DNA of 64,000 bases, taken from Vicugna vicugna. Its lineage: Eukaryota. The stretch is from the NCBI GenBank assembly GCA_013265495.1, contig MU060887.1, positions 6,510,001 to 6,574,000 on the forward strand, written 5' to 3'. The position numbers and the translations under genes are program-made. Of this stretch, positions 12,101 through 22,400 are shown in pieces (within the stretch, counting starts at the first letter, position 1; each line of letters starts with the position of its first letter). The notes under the pieces were generated by a model. It searched no databases. It was not told where the DNA came from and was given only the letters and a program-made list of their open reading frames with translations.

Positions 12101-15100
12101 TCCAAACATAAGAAAAAGAAACATAAGAAGGACAAAGAGGAAAGGCCCAAAGATAAGAAGAAATCCAGGAAGAAGGCATCGAGGGAAGGGGCTGCTGAGC
12201 CTGTGGAGAACGGCGCGCTGGATGAGGAGCCTCTCCCGGTGAGGGTGCTGCCCACGCCGGAGCCTGGGCCAGGCGGCAGGGCCGCACCCCGCCCCTGGTC
12301 TGGCCCACCTACCGGGCTGACATCCCCGGGGTCCTGGTGTTCCACCTGGAGCACTCGGCAGCTCACAGCAGGCCTCGTCCTGTAAGCAGGTGTCACCCTT
12401 GGGTCCCCGCTACCCAAAGCTGAAACATTTCCCTTTTGTTCCTAGCCCATGTCCAGCTACTGCCTTCTGGCTGAAAATTCTTACATTAAAATGGTGAGTG
12501 ACCCGGGTGTCTCAGAGGGAGGGGCTTGGGAAGGCTCAGGGTCCTTTCTCTGGCTGTGCAGGGGCTAGAGGCTCGGCCTGCTCACTGCACTCAGCCCCGG
12601 AACAGCCGGAAGCTGCAGAGGAGTCTGGAGCTCGGGTTCCTCGTGGGAGGAACAGACCGCTGTCCCCTGGGTCTGCACCAGGAGACCGGATGTTGCTCAC
12701 CTGCCCTCGGGCCTCGCGTCCCAGCCCACAGGGGTCTGTGGTGGGCGCCCCCGCACCACCAACCCCAGCCTTCTGTGTGCAGACATACGACGTCCAGGGC
12801 AGCCTTCAGGAGGACAGCCGGGTCACGGTGTCCATGGTCCTGGAGAACCAGAGCAGCAGCTTCCTCAAGAGCATGGAGCTCAACGTGCTGGACTCGCTCA
12901 ACGCCCGGCTGGCCCGGCCAGAGGGCTCCTCTGTCCATGACGGCGTCCCTGTGCCTTTCCAGCTGCCCCCTGGTGAGTGCTGCCTCGGCTGCCTGGCCAC
13001 ACGCTGCCCCTGCCCCCCGCCGGCCCCTCGCTGCTTCTCAGGCCCCTCCTCCTCCTCCACCAGGCATCTCCAACGAAGCCCAGTTTGTGTTCACCATTCA
13101 GAGCATCGTTATGGCACAGAAGCTCAAGGGCACCCTGTCCTTCATCGCCAAGGTACGGGGAGGGCCCCAGACCCAGGGCCGGGCTCTGAGGGCTGGCTGT
13201 GTGCCCAAGCCCGAGGCCTGGCGCGCCCCTCACCTGTGCCCCCTCCCGGCAGAACGATGAAGGCTCCACCCACGAGAAGCTGGACTTCAAGCTTCACTTC
13301 CCCTGCACCTCATACTTGATCACCACGCCCTGCTACAGGTGCGCCGCCGTCCACCTGCCCCACTGTCTCTCCTCTGACCCGAGGCATGAACAGGCACGCA
13401 GTGCTGGGTGGCCAGCGCGTGTTCGGCGCAGAAAGCCCGGCCCATCTGCTGGGCTGGTTGGCTTGGGCTCAGACAGCAGGCATTGGTCCCCTTCAGGGCT
13501 GGAGGCTGGGCGTCCGAGACCAAAGTGTCTCCAGGGCTGGGTCCTTCTGAGGCCTCTCTCTTTGGCCTGCAGACGGCCACCCTCTCTCCCTGTGTCCCCA
13601 TAGGACCGTCCCTTTGTGCACATCTGCCTGATCGGGACCTCGATCATGCTGGATTAGGGCTCTGTCTCCAAATACAGTCCCAACCTGACGTCCTGGGGGT
13701 CAGGACTTCAACATAGTAGTTTTGGGGACAGTTCAGCTCTTGACTTCTTATGAGACCCTTTGAAACCCTGAGCCACCAGCACATAAAGGGGGTCCCAACC
13801 CTGGGGCTGGGGTCTCTGTGTGCGTTGATGCCTGGCACCCCCCGTCATCACCCTCCCTGTCCTGTGTCCTTCCCACAGTGATGCCTTCGCCAAGTTGCTG
13901 GAGTCTGGGGACCTGAGCATGAGCTCCATCAAAGTTGATGGCATCAGCATGTCGTTCCAGAACCTTCTGGCAAAGATCTGTTTCCATCACCATTTTTCTG
14001 GTAAGGGATTGGACGTGGCTAGTGGAAGGCCTAGCTTTCCCGGTGAGTGGCTTGCCCCCACCCCTGCCCCCAGGTGGCCTGCCTCACCCCTGCCCTCTGT
14101 CACAGTTGTGGAACGAGTGGACTCCTGCGCCTCCATGTATAGCCGCTCCATCCAGGGCCACCACGTCTGCCTCCTGGTGAAGAAGGTGAGCCCCTCCCTC
14201 CCCTCCCTCTGCGCCTGTGTCCCTGAGGAATGTTGGGTCACTAGTGGCCTCACCGGCTGAGCTGGGAAGCATCCCCTCCTGCGTCTCCTGGAGGAGACTG
14301 CGTGTAGTCAGTGTCTTTCTTCTTGGACTTCACGAGGAATCCCCAAGGAAATCATCTGGGTCTGGTTTTTGAAAGCTTTATATCTGCAAGTTCAGTTTCT
14401 TTCCTAAGTAGTTGTAAGACTCTTTGATTCACCTGTTTTTTTCTGGGGTGCCTTTTGGTAGTTTGTGGTTTTCAGAGAATTGGTGCGTGTCCCCCAGGCT
14501 GTGGACGTGGGTCGAGCCATCCGTCCCCTCCGTGTCCTTCAGTGTCCAGGGGACGAGTACAGCAGCCCGCCTCGTCCCTCACGTTGGCAGTCAGTGTCTT
14601 CTCCCGTTTTCCTTGGTTGTCTCGGCCGGGAGGCTTATCTGTTTCGTTGATCTTTTGAAAGACCAGTTTAAAAACTAATTTTTTTTAAGTTACTGTGTTT
14701 CAAACAATAAAATCTGATTGCATTCTGCTGCACATCTCTTTCCTTCTGCCTGTTCAGGTTTATTTTGCTCTCTCGTGAGTTCCTTAAGGCAAAAGCTCAG
14801 ACCTTTCCAAGAGACCTGTCTCCAAGTGTTTAGTGTTGTAGGCTTCCCTCGAGTGCTGCTTTAGCTGAACCCCACAAGTTTTTGTTTTGTTTCCACTTCT
14901 ATACGGTTCAGAATATTTTCTAATGTCTATCACGGCTTCCTCTTCCATGGGTTAATTAGAAGCGTGCAAATTTCCAAGCAGTTGGAGAGTTTCCTGTTGC
15001 TTTTCTGGCACGATTTCTGGCACCTAGAATGTTGGGTGCACGCCACCTGGGTCCCCCTGGGCGATGGCGTTTTCGATGCTTCTGGGCGCCTGCAGATTCC

Positions 15101-17330
15101 CCTCCGCTGGCCCTCAGCGAGCGAGCCAGGCGTGTGAGCCCATGTCGCCAGCCGGTCTTTCCTTTCACTTCCTCAGGCTTCGCTCTGCGTGGGGAGCTCT
15201 GCTGTTGGCTGCGTGGACCACGAGAGTTGTGGGATCTTGGCACTTGACAACTCTCACCAGTATGTGTGTTCTCTCCGTCCCGGGCTGTGTTCTTTGCTAC
15301 GAAATCCAGTGTGGTATCAGCCCAGCCACTTCTGCTTTTCTTTGGTTGGCGCTCACACGGTACTCTTCACTGTGCATCTGCCTTTATCCTTCCCCTGGGG
15401 AGAACTCCTGTGGACGCCATGGAGCGCGGGCCACGTGTCCTCATCCATCCCGTCAGCCTTTGCCTTCCTGCTGCTGTGTTCACGCCGTTTGTACTGAAAG
15501 CATCACTCGTGTGTCTGGCTCTGTCTCCCACTGTATCTGCTTGTCCTTCTGGTTCTCAGGCCTCTTAGCCCTCCTGCCTCCTGTGGCGCATGCGCGCGCC
15601 ACCAGTGCCCCGTGCCTCGTGTCTGCTGTGCAGCCCTGTCTTCTTGTGTCTGATGGGGGGGTGAGGGGCTCTCGGGGTTCCATTACGCACTTAGTTTTCA
15701 GTCTGCTTGGAACTCGGGGGGAACATACAGACCTCGCACCGTGTCAGCCTCTTGCCCCTCCCCACGTGAGTTGCCGTAACACGTTGCCCGCACCAATGGT
15801 GCAGGCCCGCAGGCCGCAGGGGGCGTGCGGGCCCCCAGGAGCTCGGGGTGGGGCCCGCTGCGCTCACCACACGGCCGCGTTCCCTTGCCCCTCCGTTCCC
15901 CATGTCCCACGTTTTCTTGTGGCTTGTTTCCCTTCTGTCTAAAGAGCTTTTTAGATCATACTTGTTGGTTAGGAACTCTTAGTTTTCCTTCATCTGATTA
16001 TTCTTTATTTCAGTCTTTCTCAAGGCTACTTTTGCTGGGTCTAGAATTCTGGCTTCGCCAGCCTTTTCACTCAGTATCTTAAAAATAAGCCGTTGCCTTT
16101 TGATACCTGTGGTTTCCGACGGGAATCATGCTTCCTCTCTGGGGAGCGCCCCGCTTCCCTCTGGCACTGCAGACCCTTGTCTTCGGTCTCCGGCCGTCTG
16201 TGACGTGTCTGGGCGTTGACGTCCTTGGGTTCATCGTGGCTGTTCGGAGCCTGCTGAACGTACTGAGTCTGTGCGCGTACGCCGTGTGCGAACCCTGGGA
16301 AGTCTCGGCTGTTATTGAAGTACGTTCTCGCCCTGCGCTCTTTCTCCTCTCCTCCTGGGGCCCCAGGGCTGCGAGCCTCACGCGCCCGGTTGCCCGGCCG
16401 CAGCCCAGCCCCTTCTGCCGTCTGTCCGGACTGGGCCGCTCCCGCCGCCCTGCCCGGCTCACTGCCTCCTGCCGCGTCTGTCCTGCTCCCGAGCCCACCC
16501 CGTGGGCTTCTAGTTCTGGCTGCTGTATTCCAACCTAAACGTTCCATTTGGGGTTTTTTGTCCTTCCATTTCTTTGCTGAAATGCTCTGTTTTTCTGTTT
16601 GCTTCTAGAGTGCTTGTGATTGCTAATTGGAGAGGCCTGTAGTAGTGCTCGAAAGCTTGTCAGATGGCTCTGACATCCGCTTCATCTCTGTGGGTGTCTG
16701 TCGAGCTGAGGTATCCCTGGCCTTGGTGTGCCAGATGACTTTGTACTGTATCCTACGTTCTGAATGGACGAGACTCTGGGTCTTCTTGAGAGCTGGTGGG
16801 GACAGTGGATACGTAGGTTCCAGCCATTCTCACAGCCTTCATCCCAGAGCTGCCTCACACGTTTGCCTGGGGCCGGGCTGGGCAGGGCTGTGTGTTCCCT
16901 GCGTCTTGGGTACACTTGTTGCGGGAGGACCAGGGGCTTCCCTGGCCTGGCCCCAGTTTCCCGGCCAGGACGGGGGGCTTCCGTCACTCGCTCTGCCACT
17001 CTCTCCCGGAGCCCCCATTCTGGTCCCTCTGGTTCTGGCCTCGGCCCAGGTTCTGTAGCTGCTTCTGGGGGAGACGCGGGCACCGTATCTGCTCCATCGT
17101 TCCTGGGAACCCTTTTAAAGGGGATCAGAGCACCAACATATAGGGGAGTATTTTGAAACATTGCTGGTGCATGCGAGCACCAGGCCCCGCCTTCACACAG
17201 TCTCAGCATCCCGGTCGCCATCCCCCTTTTTCAGGGCGAGAAGTCTGTGTCAGTCGATGGGAAGTGCAACGACTCAACGCTGCTGAGCAACTTGTTGGAG
17301 GAGATGAAGGGGACCCTGGCCCAGTGCTGA
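62..17330 (+). CDS. AP3D1: AP-3 complex subunit delta-1, 5'-partial spliced CDS (27 exons, 1051 codons plus stop; exons 6-32 by inferred human numbering)
   Basis: Joined exons total 3156 nt in one open frame, from MSHTKPYIRKKAVLIMYKVF to GKCNDSTLLSNLLEEMKGTLAQC*. This matches the known delta-adaptin trunk, basic/acidic hinge and ear. All introns are GT-AG except two GC-AG. Confidence 0.97.
753..892 (+). CDS. AP3D1: AP3D1 coding exon (140 nt, GC donor)
   Basis: GVQSAAVNVICE...IKIIKL|gcaagt. Confidence 0.93.
1003..1076 (+). CDS. AP3D1: AP3D1 coding exon (74 nt)
   Basis: FGALTPLEPRLGKKLIEPLTNLIH, flanked by AG/GT. Confidence 0.95.
2247..2296 (+). CDS. AP3D1: AP3D1 coding exon (50 nt)
   Basis: TSAMSLLYECVNTVIA, flanked by AG/GT. 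Confidence 0.95.
3507..3556 (+). CDS. AP3D1: AP3D1 coding exon (50 nt)
   Basis: LISLSSGMPNHSASIQ, flanked by AG/GT. Confidence 0.95.
3963..4011 (+). CDS. AP3D1: AP3D1 coding exon (49 nt)
   Basis: LCVQKLRILIEDSDQN, flanked by AG/GT. Confidence 0.95.
4779..4924 (+). CDS. AP3D1: AP3D1 coding exon (146 nt)
   Basis: KYLGLLAMSKIL...LDLLYGM. Confidence 0.95.
5000..5148 (+). CDS. AP3D1: AP3D1 coding exon (149 nt)
   Basis: VSKKNLMEIVKK...ITNFE. Confidence 0.95.
5261..5491 (+). CDS. AP3D1: AP3D1 coding exon (231 nt)
   Basis: YISILVELTRLE...WICGEFS. Confidence 0.95.
5961..6192 (+). CDS. AP3D1: AP3D1 coding exon (232 nt)
   Basis: HLQEPQRTLEAMLRP...LEVQER. Confidence 0.95.
7038..7183 (+). CDS. AP3D1: AP3D1 coding exon (146 nt)
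   Basis: ASCILQLVKHVQK...KKVPVPE. Confidence 0.95.
7571..7712 (+). CDS. AP3D1: AP3D1 coding exon (142 nt)
   Basis: LDLDAWINEPLSDSESEDE...EQELAR. Confidence 0.95.
8200..8271 (+). CDS. AP3D1: AP3D1 coding exon (72 nt)
   Basis: RREARKQEQANNPFYIKSSPSPQK. Confidence 0.95.
8865..8940 (+). CDS. AP3D1: AP3D1 coding exon (76 nt, GC donor)
   Basis: RYQDTPGVDHIPVVQIDLSVPLKVP|gcaagt. Confidence 0.93.
9259..9458 (+). CDS. AP3D1: AP3D1 coding exon (200 nt)
   Basis: MPMSDQYVKLEEERR...VTEEMPE. Confidence 0.95.
9815..9888 (+). CDS. AP3D1: AP3D1 coding exon (74 nt)
   Basis: NALPSDEDDKDPNDPYRALDIDLD. Confidence 0.95.
10022..10199 (+). CDS. AP3D1: AP3D1 coding exon (178 nt)
   Basis: PLADSEKLPVQKHRN...KKEEAGK. 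Confidence 0.93.
10515..10571 (+). CDS. AP3D1: AP3D1 hinge exon, likely cassette (57 nt)
   Basis: tttcag|GEDLDFWLSTTPPAAAPAS|gtaaga; phase 0-0; resembles the human long-isoform AEDLDFWLSTTPP. Confidence 0.85.
11142..11246 (+). CDS. AP3D1: AP3D1 hinge exon, likely cassette (105 nt)
   Basis: EEPGVKASVTAPEEEHEEPQGEEQAADEGEQDPEK; phase 0-0; acidic. Confidence 0.8.
11400..11830 (-). mobile_element. old L1M 3'-end fragment, GC-shifted
   Basis: CCTGTTCTGGAC...GTCTGCTTCT...GGCTGAGTGAT resembles the antisense L1M 3' end. Confidence 0.65.
12095..12238 (+). CDS. AP3D1: AP3D1 coding exon (144 nt)
   Basis: KPSKHKKKKHKKDKEE...DEEPLP. Confidence 0.92.
12446..12493 (+). CDS. AP3D1: AP3D1 coding exon (48 nt)
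   Basis: PMSSYCLLAENSYIKM. Confidence 0.93.
12783..12972 (+). CDS. AP3D1: AP3D1 coding exon (190 nt)
   Basis: TYDVQGSLQEDS...PFQLPP. Confidence 0.95.
13064..13152 (+). CDS. AP3D1: AP3D1 coding exon (89 nt)
   Basis: ISNEAQFVFTIQSIVMAQKLKGTLSFIAK. Confidence 0.95.
13253..13338 (+). CDS. AP3D1: AP3D1 coding exon (86 nt)
   Basis: NDEGSTHEKLDFKLHFPCTSYLITTPCY. Confidence 0.95.
13879..14000 (+). CDS. AP3D1: AP3D1 coding exon (122 nt)
   Basis: DAFAKLLESGDLSM...ICFHHHFS. Confidence 0.95.
14106..14185 (+). CDS. AP3D1: AP3D1 coding exon (80 nt)
   Basis: VERVDSCASMYSRSIQGHHVCLLVKK. Confidence 0.95.
14300..16800 (-). mobile_element. decayed L1 fragments in the last AP3D1 intron
   Basis: T-rich antisense L1-like tracts, e.g. 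GCTGCTTTAGCTGAACCCCACAAGTTTT...CAGAATATTTTCTAAT. Confidence 0.6.
17235..17330 (+). CDS. AP3D1: AP3D1 last coding exon (96 nt to TGA)
   Basis: ttttcag|GEKSVSVDGKCNDSTLLSNLLEEMKGTLAQC*. Confidence 0.95.
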   Translation, partial: GEKSVSVDGKCNDSTLLSNLLEEMKGTLAQC

Positions 17331-18288
17331 GCACCAGGGCCACCGCGGAGGGCTCATGGGAGGCGGCACCACGTTCCGGGTGGCTGCTCTGTCCCCAGGC
17401 TGCACTGGCCTGGAGGTCATTGAAGTCCACTGTCGTCCACTGTGTAGACACCAAGGTCTGGGTTGCGTTGATTTATCCTCTCGTCCTTTCACTTTGACTC
17501 TCTCCACTTCTGGCGAGAAGCCCCATACCAGTCCCCAAACCAGCAGGGGCTGCCGGACGGGCGAGGTGACCACTGCCTAGGCCGGGACCTGGCAGGGACC
17601 GGCGGGGCGGCCCATCCGGCTGCTGTCAAGTCGTCCGGGTCCCACAAGTCCCCAGACCCCCTGCCTGGTGGCAACTGGGGGTGAAGAGGGGGCCAGCTGC
17701 TCACCAGGGAGACACTCCCTTCACCCCTCACACTGAATGTCAGGTCCCCCCAGGATGCACGGTGGGAGAGGCCCTGTAGGCTGCTGTCCGTTGTCCCCCC
17801 ACCGTGTCCATCTGTGCAGGTGGGGATCCCCGTGCAGCGGGGATGGCCCCGGTGGCTTTTGTGGCCCAGGCAGGGTGTTGGGGTGAGTGGTAGAGCACCA
17901 CAGTTCCCAACCCCTCCTCTGGTCGCTGGATGCTCTGCAGTCTTGTCCCTGCGTCCTGTGCACTCGTGTGGAAGGGTCCCATCCCGGGCTTCTCGGCCTC
18001 AACGGCGAAACACGTGTGTCTTGGGGCAGCTGGGCCCCTGAAATGCGCTTTTCGGGCAGGGAGACTGAACTTCCCTCAAGAAATGATGGTCCTCAATGAC
18101 ATTTTAACTTCCTTTTGATGAAAACTGTCACTTCAGCATGTAGAGTAATCTATTGCAGAATCCTGTGCAGTGATTCTAGAATCTCGAAATTGTATGATGT
18201 GTTATATAAGAATTTATTTGCTATCGACATTCCCGTATAAAGGAGAGACATATCACGCTGCTGGAATGATTTTGTGTCAAGATGATCA

Positions 18289-18294
18289 AATAAA
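18289..18294 (+). terminator. AP3D1 polyadenylation signal AATAAA
   Basis: Canonical hexamer ending an AT-rich 3'UTR block about 960 nt after the stop, followed by a GT/T-rich tract. Confidence 0.75.
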
Positions 18295-19443
18295 CCTGCA
18301 AAAAGATGGCTGCCTGGTGGGTCTTTTTCCCATGCCTGTGTGTGCCCCCGACTGGGGCAGCTGTCACACAGTACGAGGGGGACGTCACCCAGCCGGGCCT
18401 CTGGACCGTCCCTGAACTGCTTGGGGTCAGAGGGCTACCGGGCACCTTCATGGAGGTTGCAGCATGCTGGGGAGCCCCACCCCCTCCTGCCGTGCACCCT
18501 TGTCCCCTTGGGAGATGACGTGGTCGTCACACGCCATCCAGGCCCCTGGGCTGGGAACCCCTCTGGTAAGGGGTGTATGAGGTGAGCAGCGGGAGCGCGT
18601 CCTGGAAAGAAGGCCCTGCTGTCATTTTAACTCCGCACGTTTCTGGTGGCTTCACGGACACATTGTGGACAGGGGTTTTGTCAACAGGTGGAGAACCTGA
18701 ATCAACTCCAATCTGAATCCTAAAACGTGGGCAGGTGAGGAGCCCTGCACTGAAACCCCCTCCGCACTGAGTGGGCAGAGCGGCCTTGAGTGCCCCTGCC
18801 CGGTCATCGGCCCAGCCCGCTCCGGCGCATGGGACCCAGCTCGTGTCCTGGGGCATCAGAGCGTCCCTCCCAGGTCTCCTGCTCCCCGTTTCCCTGCCCT
18901 GACCCACGTTCCTGTGTGAGCAGGGGCCAGTGTGGTGTGAGACCCACCTCAGCGGGAAGACGCCCGTGGACGGGGAGCAAGAGGAGGGCTCAGCTGCCAT
19001 CTGGAAGCTGGGAGATGGCCGGGCTCGTGGCAGCATCTGCAGGCCCAGGAGGTACCTCTGGCAGTCCCTTCACCCCTAGGCCTCCTTCCCATCTCCTGAA
19101 CAGGGTTCATCCCTGGATCCAGCTGGGTTGGGCCTGTCTCCCTCACCACCCACGTCAGATGTTTTCTAGAAGCTAAGCAGTGGGTCAGCAGTTCCTGAGC
19201 CTCAGCCGGGGCAGCCTGGTGTGACGGGAGCCCCGCCGTGCCCAAAGCTGGCCCTGGTTGTCACCAGACAGGTTCACTGAGTCATCGGAAGAGCCACTTG
19301 TTCTCAAGGCTGGTTTCCCTGCACACCTGCCCAGGTATGAATTGTCAGCGTGGAATGCCCTGCAGCCACAACCCTGGACGCACCTGGCCTGGGGCCCCAG
19401 CCCCCAAGAAGGACTGCCCCTGCGGTGAGAAAGGTCAAGGATG

Positions 19444-19449
19444 TTTAAT
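19444..19449 (-). terminator. IZUMO4 polyadenylation signal ATTAAA
   Basis: Plus-strand tttaat reads ATTAAA on the minus strand, about 205 nt past the IZUMO4 stop. Confidence 0.55.
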
Positions 19450-19654
19450 CATTCTATCAAAACAGCTGGGATCGCGCCCAGCGCCGGCTCTGTACTATAT
19501 ACAAACCCGTGCCTCTTCTTACCCTCCCCTTGCCCCGGCCAGGGCTCCTGGCACGTGGGGCACCCAAGGCAGCAGCAGGCCTGCTCCACAGGGTCAGGCT
19601 GAGACGGTCTGGCAGGGTCCTGGTCCTGCCCGCAGTCTGGCTGGCCCCGGGCCC

Positions 19655-19745
19655 TCAGTGCTGCATCAGGCACTCAGAGGCCTTCTCCAGAGTCAGGTTG
19701 GCCAGATGCGGGCGCCCCAGACACGTGAAGCTTGGTGATACCAGG
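19655..19745 (-). CDS. IZUMO4: IZUMO4 last coding exon (91 nt to TGA)
   Basis: LVSPSFTCLGRPHLANLTLEKASECLMQH*. Confidence 0.92.
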
Positions 19746-22076
19746 CTGCAGGGAGACATGAGTGCCCCAGTCCTTCTTCTCCCCAACCTTGCCCTCCCTG
19801 GGGGGGTCTTTGCTGGGGGCCTGGGCCCCTCTTCCTAGCTGGGGCATGAGACAGGGCCGCAGGCGGACCCGCGAAGCCACCTGTGGGGGTCCTGCCCGTG
19901 CTCACACCCTCAAGACAGCATTAGGGTTACACCCAACACTCCCACCACCGGCACTGCAAAAGGCAGTGGGGGGGCCGGCTGTAAATTGGCTGTAGTCAGG
20001 GTTTTAGTCTCTGGCTTGGGCACAGCTTCTGCCCCAGGGCCCGCCCGGCCCCCCGCAGCCCCCCGCCGCGGATCACTCACAATGCTGGAGTGGTTCTGGG
20101 CGTCCAGGCCGGGAGGCGGGGGGGGGCTCGTGTTTATCGTGAGGTGATGGCACGGGTGTGGTGGCAGGCCATGTCTGCACAACTCCAGGTGCAGAGAGAG
20201 CCCTGCCTGGCGGCCCCACCCCGTCCAGCACCCCTGCCCACCCCCACTGGCCCAGACAACCCCACGCCACCCTGCTCTCCCCTCCAGGGGTACGGGCTGG
20301 GGGACCTTACCTCATGTTGGTGTTCTGTCTGAAAGACACGACAGGGCCCTGGTTACCTCTGAGCCTTGGGAATGAGCTGTGCCCGTGGCCTCAGGCCTCT
20401 CTATGGAGGTGCACATCCACCACGGGGGCCTCCCCAGCTCTGATCACCACCCTGCCACCCATTTGGGAGAGGGCTAGGACCAGGCTATGGGGTCCCTTTA
20501 ACCAGGATGTGCCCCCTTGTGCCAGCTGAGCTCAGAGACCGTCGGAGGAAGAGGCTGCGACCCTCCCAAGGACTCCTGGCCCATACTCACCCTTGTGGGT
20601 GCGAGTGCACAGTGCCTCGTAAAACTCATGCTGGGTTTGGGGAGGGGGAACTTACTTGTGCCACATATTCCTACAATGACAGCAGGTTTGGAGTCGGGCC
20701 AAGAAGCCTCGATGGGGCTCCCCTCCGAGAACCCAGCTGCCCTAACTCACATGTACTGGAGGAGGCCCTGCACTGCGGTCTCCCACTGCACAGGTGACCT
20801 GCGGGAACACAGGACGTAGAGTGGGCATGGCCCACGTTCAGGGGCCAGCTGGGGGGCTTCCATCCCCCCACCCAGGTGATGAGGGCCTCTCCATGGAGAG
20901 TCTCGGAACCCATGGCAGGGGCCCCCAGCACAGACATCTGCCCGCGCCTGAGCCCTACTCGCAGTTGTAGCCAAAGCAGATGACATGCGAGTCTGTGCAG
21001 TTGGTGCAGGCGATGGTCTCATACTGGAAGACGCCTGCAACACAGCAGAGGCGGCAGCAGGCTCTTACCCTCTGGGCCCCAGGGCTGCGAGCTGCACCTC
21101 ACAACCCGAACAGAGGCTCACCCACCACAGTGACGCTGACAGTTGATGTAGCCTGTGGGGGACCAGAGCACAGATGGCGCCTTCTTAGTAGGCCTATCCT
21201 GTCCCCTGCTCTAGCCCACCCAGGCCACCCACGGCTCAGGGCCTCCAGGGACCAGTGGGGGGAGGTGGCTGGGGAGGGTGGGATTTATCCCTCAAGGTGC
21301 CCCCTTGGTATCCACGGGATGAAAAGGTCCCTTCCCCAAGGTGTCATCCCTTCTTTCTGTCCTGAGTTCTGACATCCAGCTGCACCAAGCCAGATGCCCT
21401 CTTCATATTAGTCCAGCCCCAGCCATACCCTGGCCCCGGGACCCCCAGCCTGGAAGGAGACACATGCTCTGGTGGCCCTGGGTCCTCAGGCCCTGGGCAG
21501 CACCCTCCATACCCCAGCCCTCAATTGCTCACTTTCGATGATGGCATTCTGGATGAGGTGCACCTGCTCCCGGAAGATAGCTCGCAGCTCGTTGGGGAAA
21601 TACCCTAACGGGGTGGGGAGGCAGAAGAGAGGTCAGCCTCAGACAGGGCAGGTGAGCTCTGCCTCAGTGTCCCGCACGTGACGGCCGCCCCCTTACCCGG
21701 GAAATACATCTTCCCCTGGTACAGCTGATCCATCTTCTTGTACACGGCGTTTGCCACTTGGTTCAGCTTCTCCCGGGCTGGGGACGGGAGGAAGCGTGTG
21801 AGCGGCGCGGTCCTGGATCTGGCTGGGCCAGGGGCGCGCCCAGACGGGGCCCCGGCACTCACTGATCTCCGCGGGGATGGCCAGGTGCAGCTCCTTCAGT
21901 GTGTCCTGACTCCAGTCGGTGAGCAGCGAGCCCGACACGGGGATGTCGCCCACCCACCAAGACTTGAGGTTCACGTGATGGCGGTAGAAGGAGAACTTCT
22001 CCGAGAAGTTGCCGTGGCAGTGCAAGCAGCCGCGGGCCAGCGCCGCTGTCAGTCCCAGGTACAGCAGCAGGGCCAT
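19655..22076 (-). CDS. IZUMO4: Izumo sperm-egg fusion protein 4, complete spliced CDS (10 exons, 218 aa)
   Basis: Exons total 657 nt in one frame. Signal peptide MALLLYLGLTAALARG, then CLHC and the Izumo-domain cysteines (CQRHC, CTNC); ends HLANLTLEKASECLMQH*. All introns are GT-AG. Confidence 0.95.
20081..20095 (-). CDS. IZUMO4: IZUMO4 microexon 9 (15 nt)
   Basis: cccag|A ACC ACT CCA GCA TT|gtgagt; TTPA(F). Confidence 0.8.
20311..20328 (-). CDS. IZUMO4: IZUMO4 microexon 8 (18 nt)
   Basis: tttcag|A CAG AAC ACC AAC ATG AG|gtaag; QNTNM(R). Confidence 0.85.
20656..20670 (-). CDS. IZUMO4: IZUMO4 microexon 7 (15 nt)
   Basis: tgtag|G AAT ATG TGG CAC AA|gtaag; NMWH(K). Confidence 0.85.
20751..20798 (-). 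CDS. IZUMO4: IZUMO4 exon 6 (48 nt)
   Basis: SPVQWETAVQGLLQY|gtgag. Confidence 0.92.
20959..21034 (-). CDS. IZUMO4: IZUMO4 exon 5 (76 nt)
   Basis: VFQYETIACTNCTDSHVICFGYNC. Confidence 0.95.
21126..21152 (-). CDS. IZUMO4: IZUMO4 exon 4 (27 nt)
   Basis: acag|(S)YINCQRHC(G)|gtgggt. Confidence 0.88.
21533..21604 (-). CDS. IZUMO4: IZUMO4 exon 3 (72 nt)
   Basis: YFPNELRAIFREQVHLIQNAIIE|gtgag. Confidence 0.95.
21697..21777 (-). CDS. IZUMO4: IZUMO4 exon 2 (81 nt)
   Basis: REKLNQVANAVYKKMDQLYQGKMYFP|gtaag. Confidence 0.95.
21863..22076 (-). CDS. IZUMO4: IZUMO4 exon 1 CDS (214 nt)
   Basis: MALLLYLG...LHLAIPAEI|gtgagt. Confidence 0.95.
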
Positions 22077-22400
22077 GGCCCGCCCCTGCCCGCCGCCGGC
22101 CAACCGACGGCGCCTCCCGCGCCACGCCCCCCGCCGCGCACCCGCCAACGGCGCCCTCCTGGGCCGTGCTCGCGCCCCGCCCCCGACGTTGGCCCCGCCT
22201 CCGCAACGGACAACTGAAGGCGCTCTCCCAGGCCCCGCCCACGAACCACCACTCCCAGATAAGGTTCCGTCCCTCTGTTAGCCCCGCCCCCGGCCTGCGC
22301 TCCTCGCCCGCGACCACCTCCCGTACAAGCTCCTCCGCTTCCGGGGAGGCCTCGGCCGGGAGCGGAAGTAGGTCCGGCGGGGGGGCGGGGCGGTCGCGCG
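22077..22400. promoter_or_regulatory. CpG-island bidirectional promoter shared by IZUMO4 (-) and MOB3A (+)
   Basis: Dense CpG, several GGGGCGGGG/CCCGCCC GC boxes and an ETS-type CGGAAGT near 22363, lying between the divergent 5' ends. Confidence 0.75.

Noticed and set aside
15064-15942. 292-aa plus-strand ORF in the last AP3D1 intron
   Set aside because: Lies in decayed antisense L1-like sequence; no recognisable protein.
20591-20615. extra IZUMO4 exon suggested by a strong GTGAGT donor at 20590
   Set aside because: Available acceptors leave a 25-40 nt upstream intron and a frameshifting 25- or 40-nt exon.
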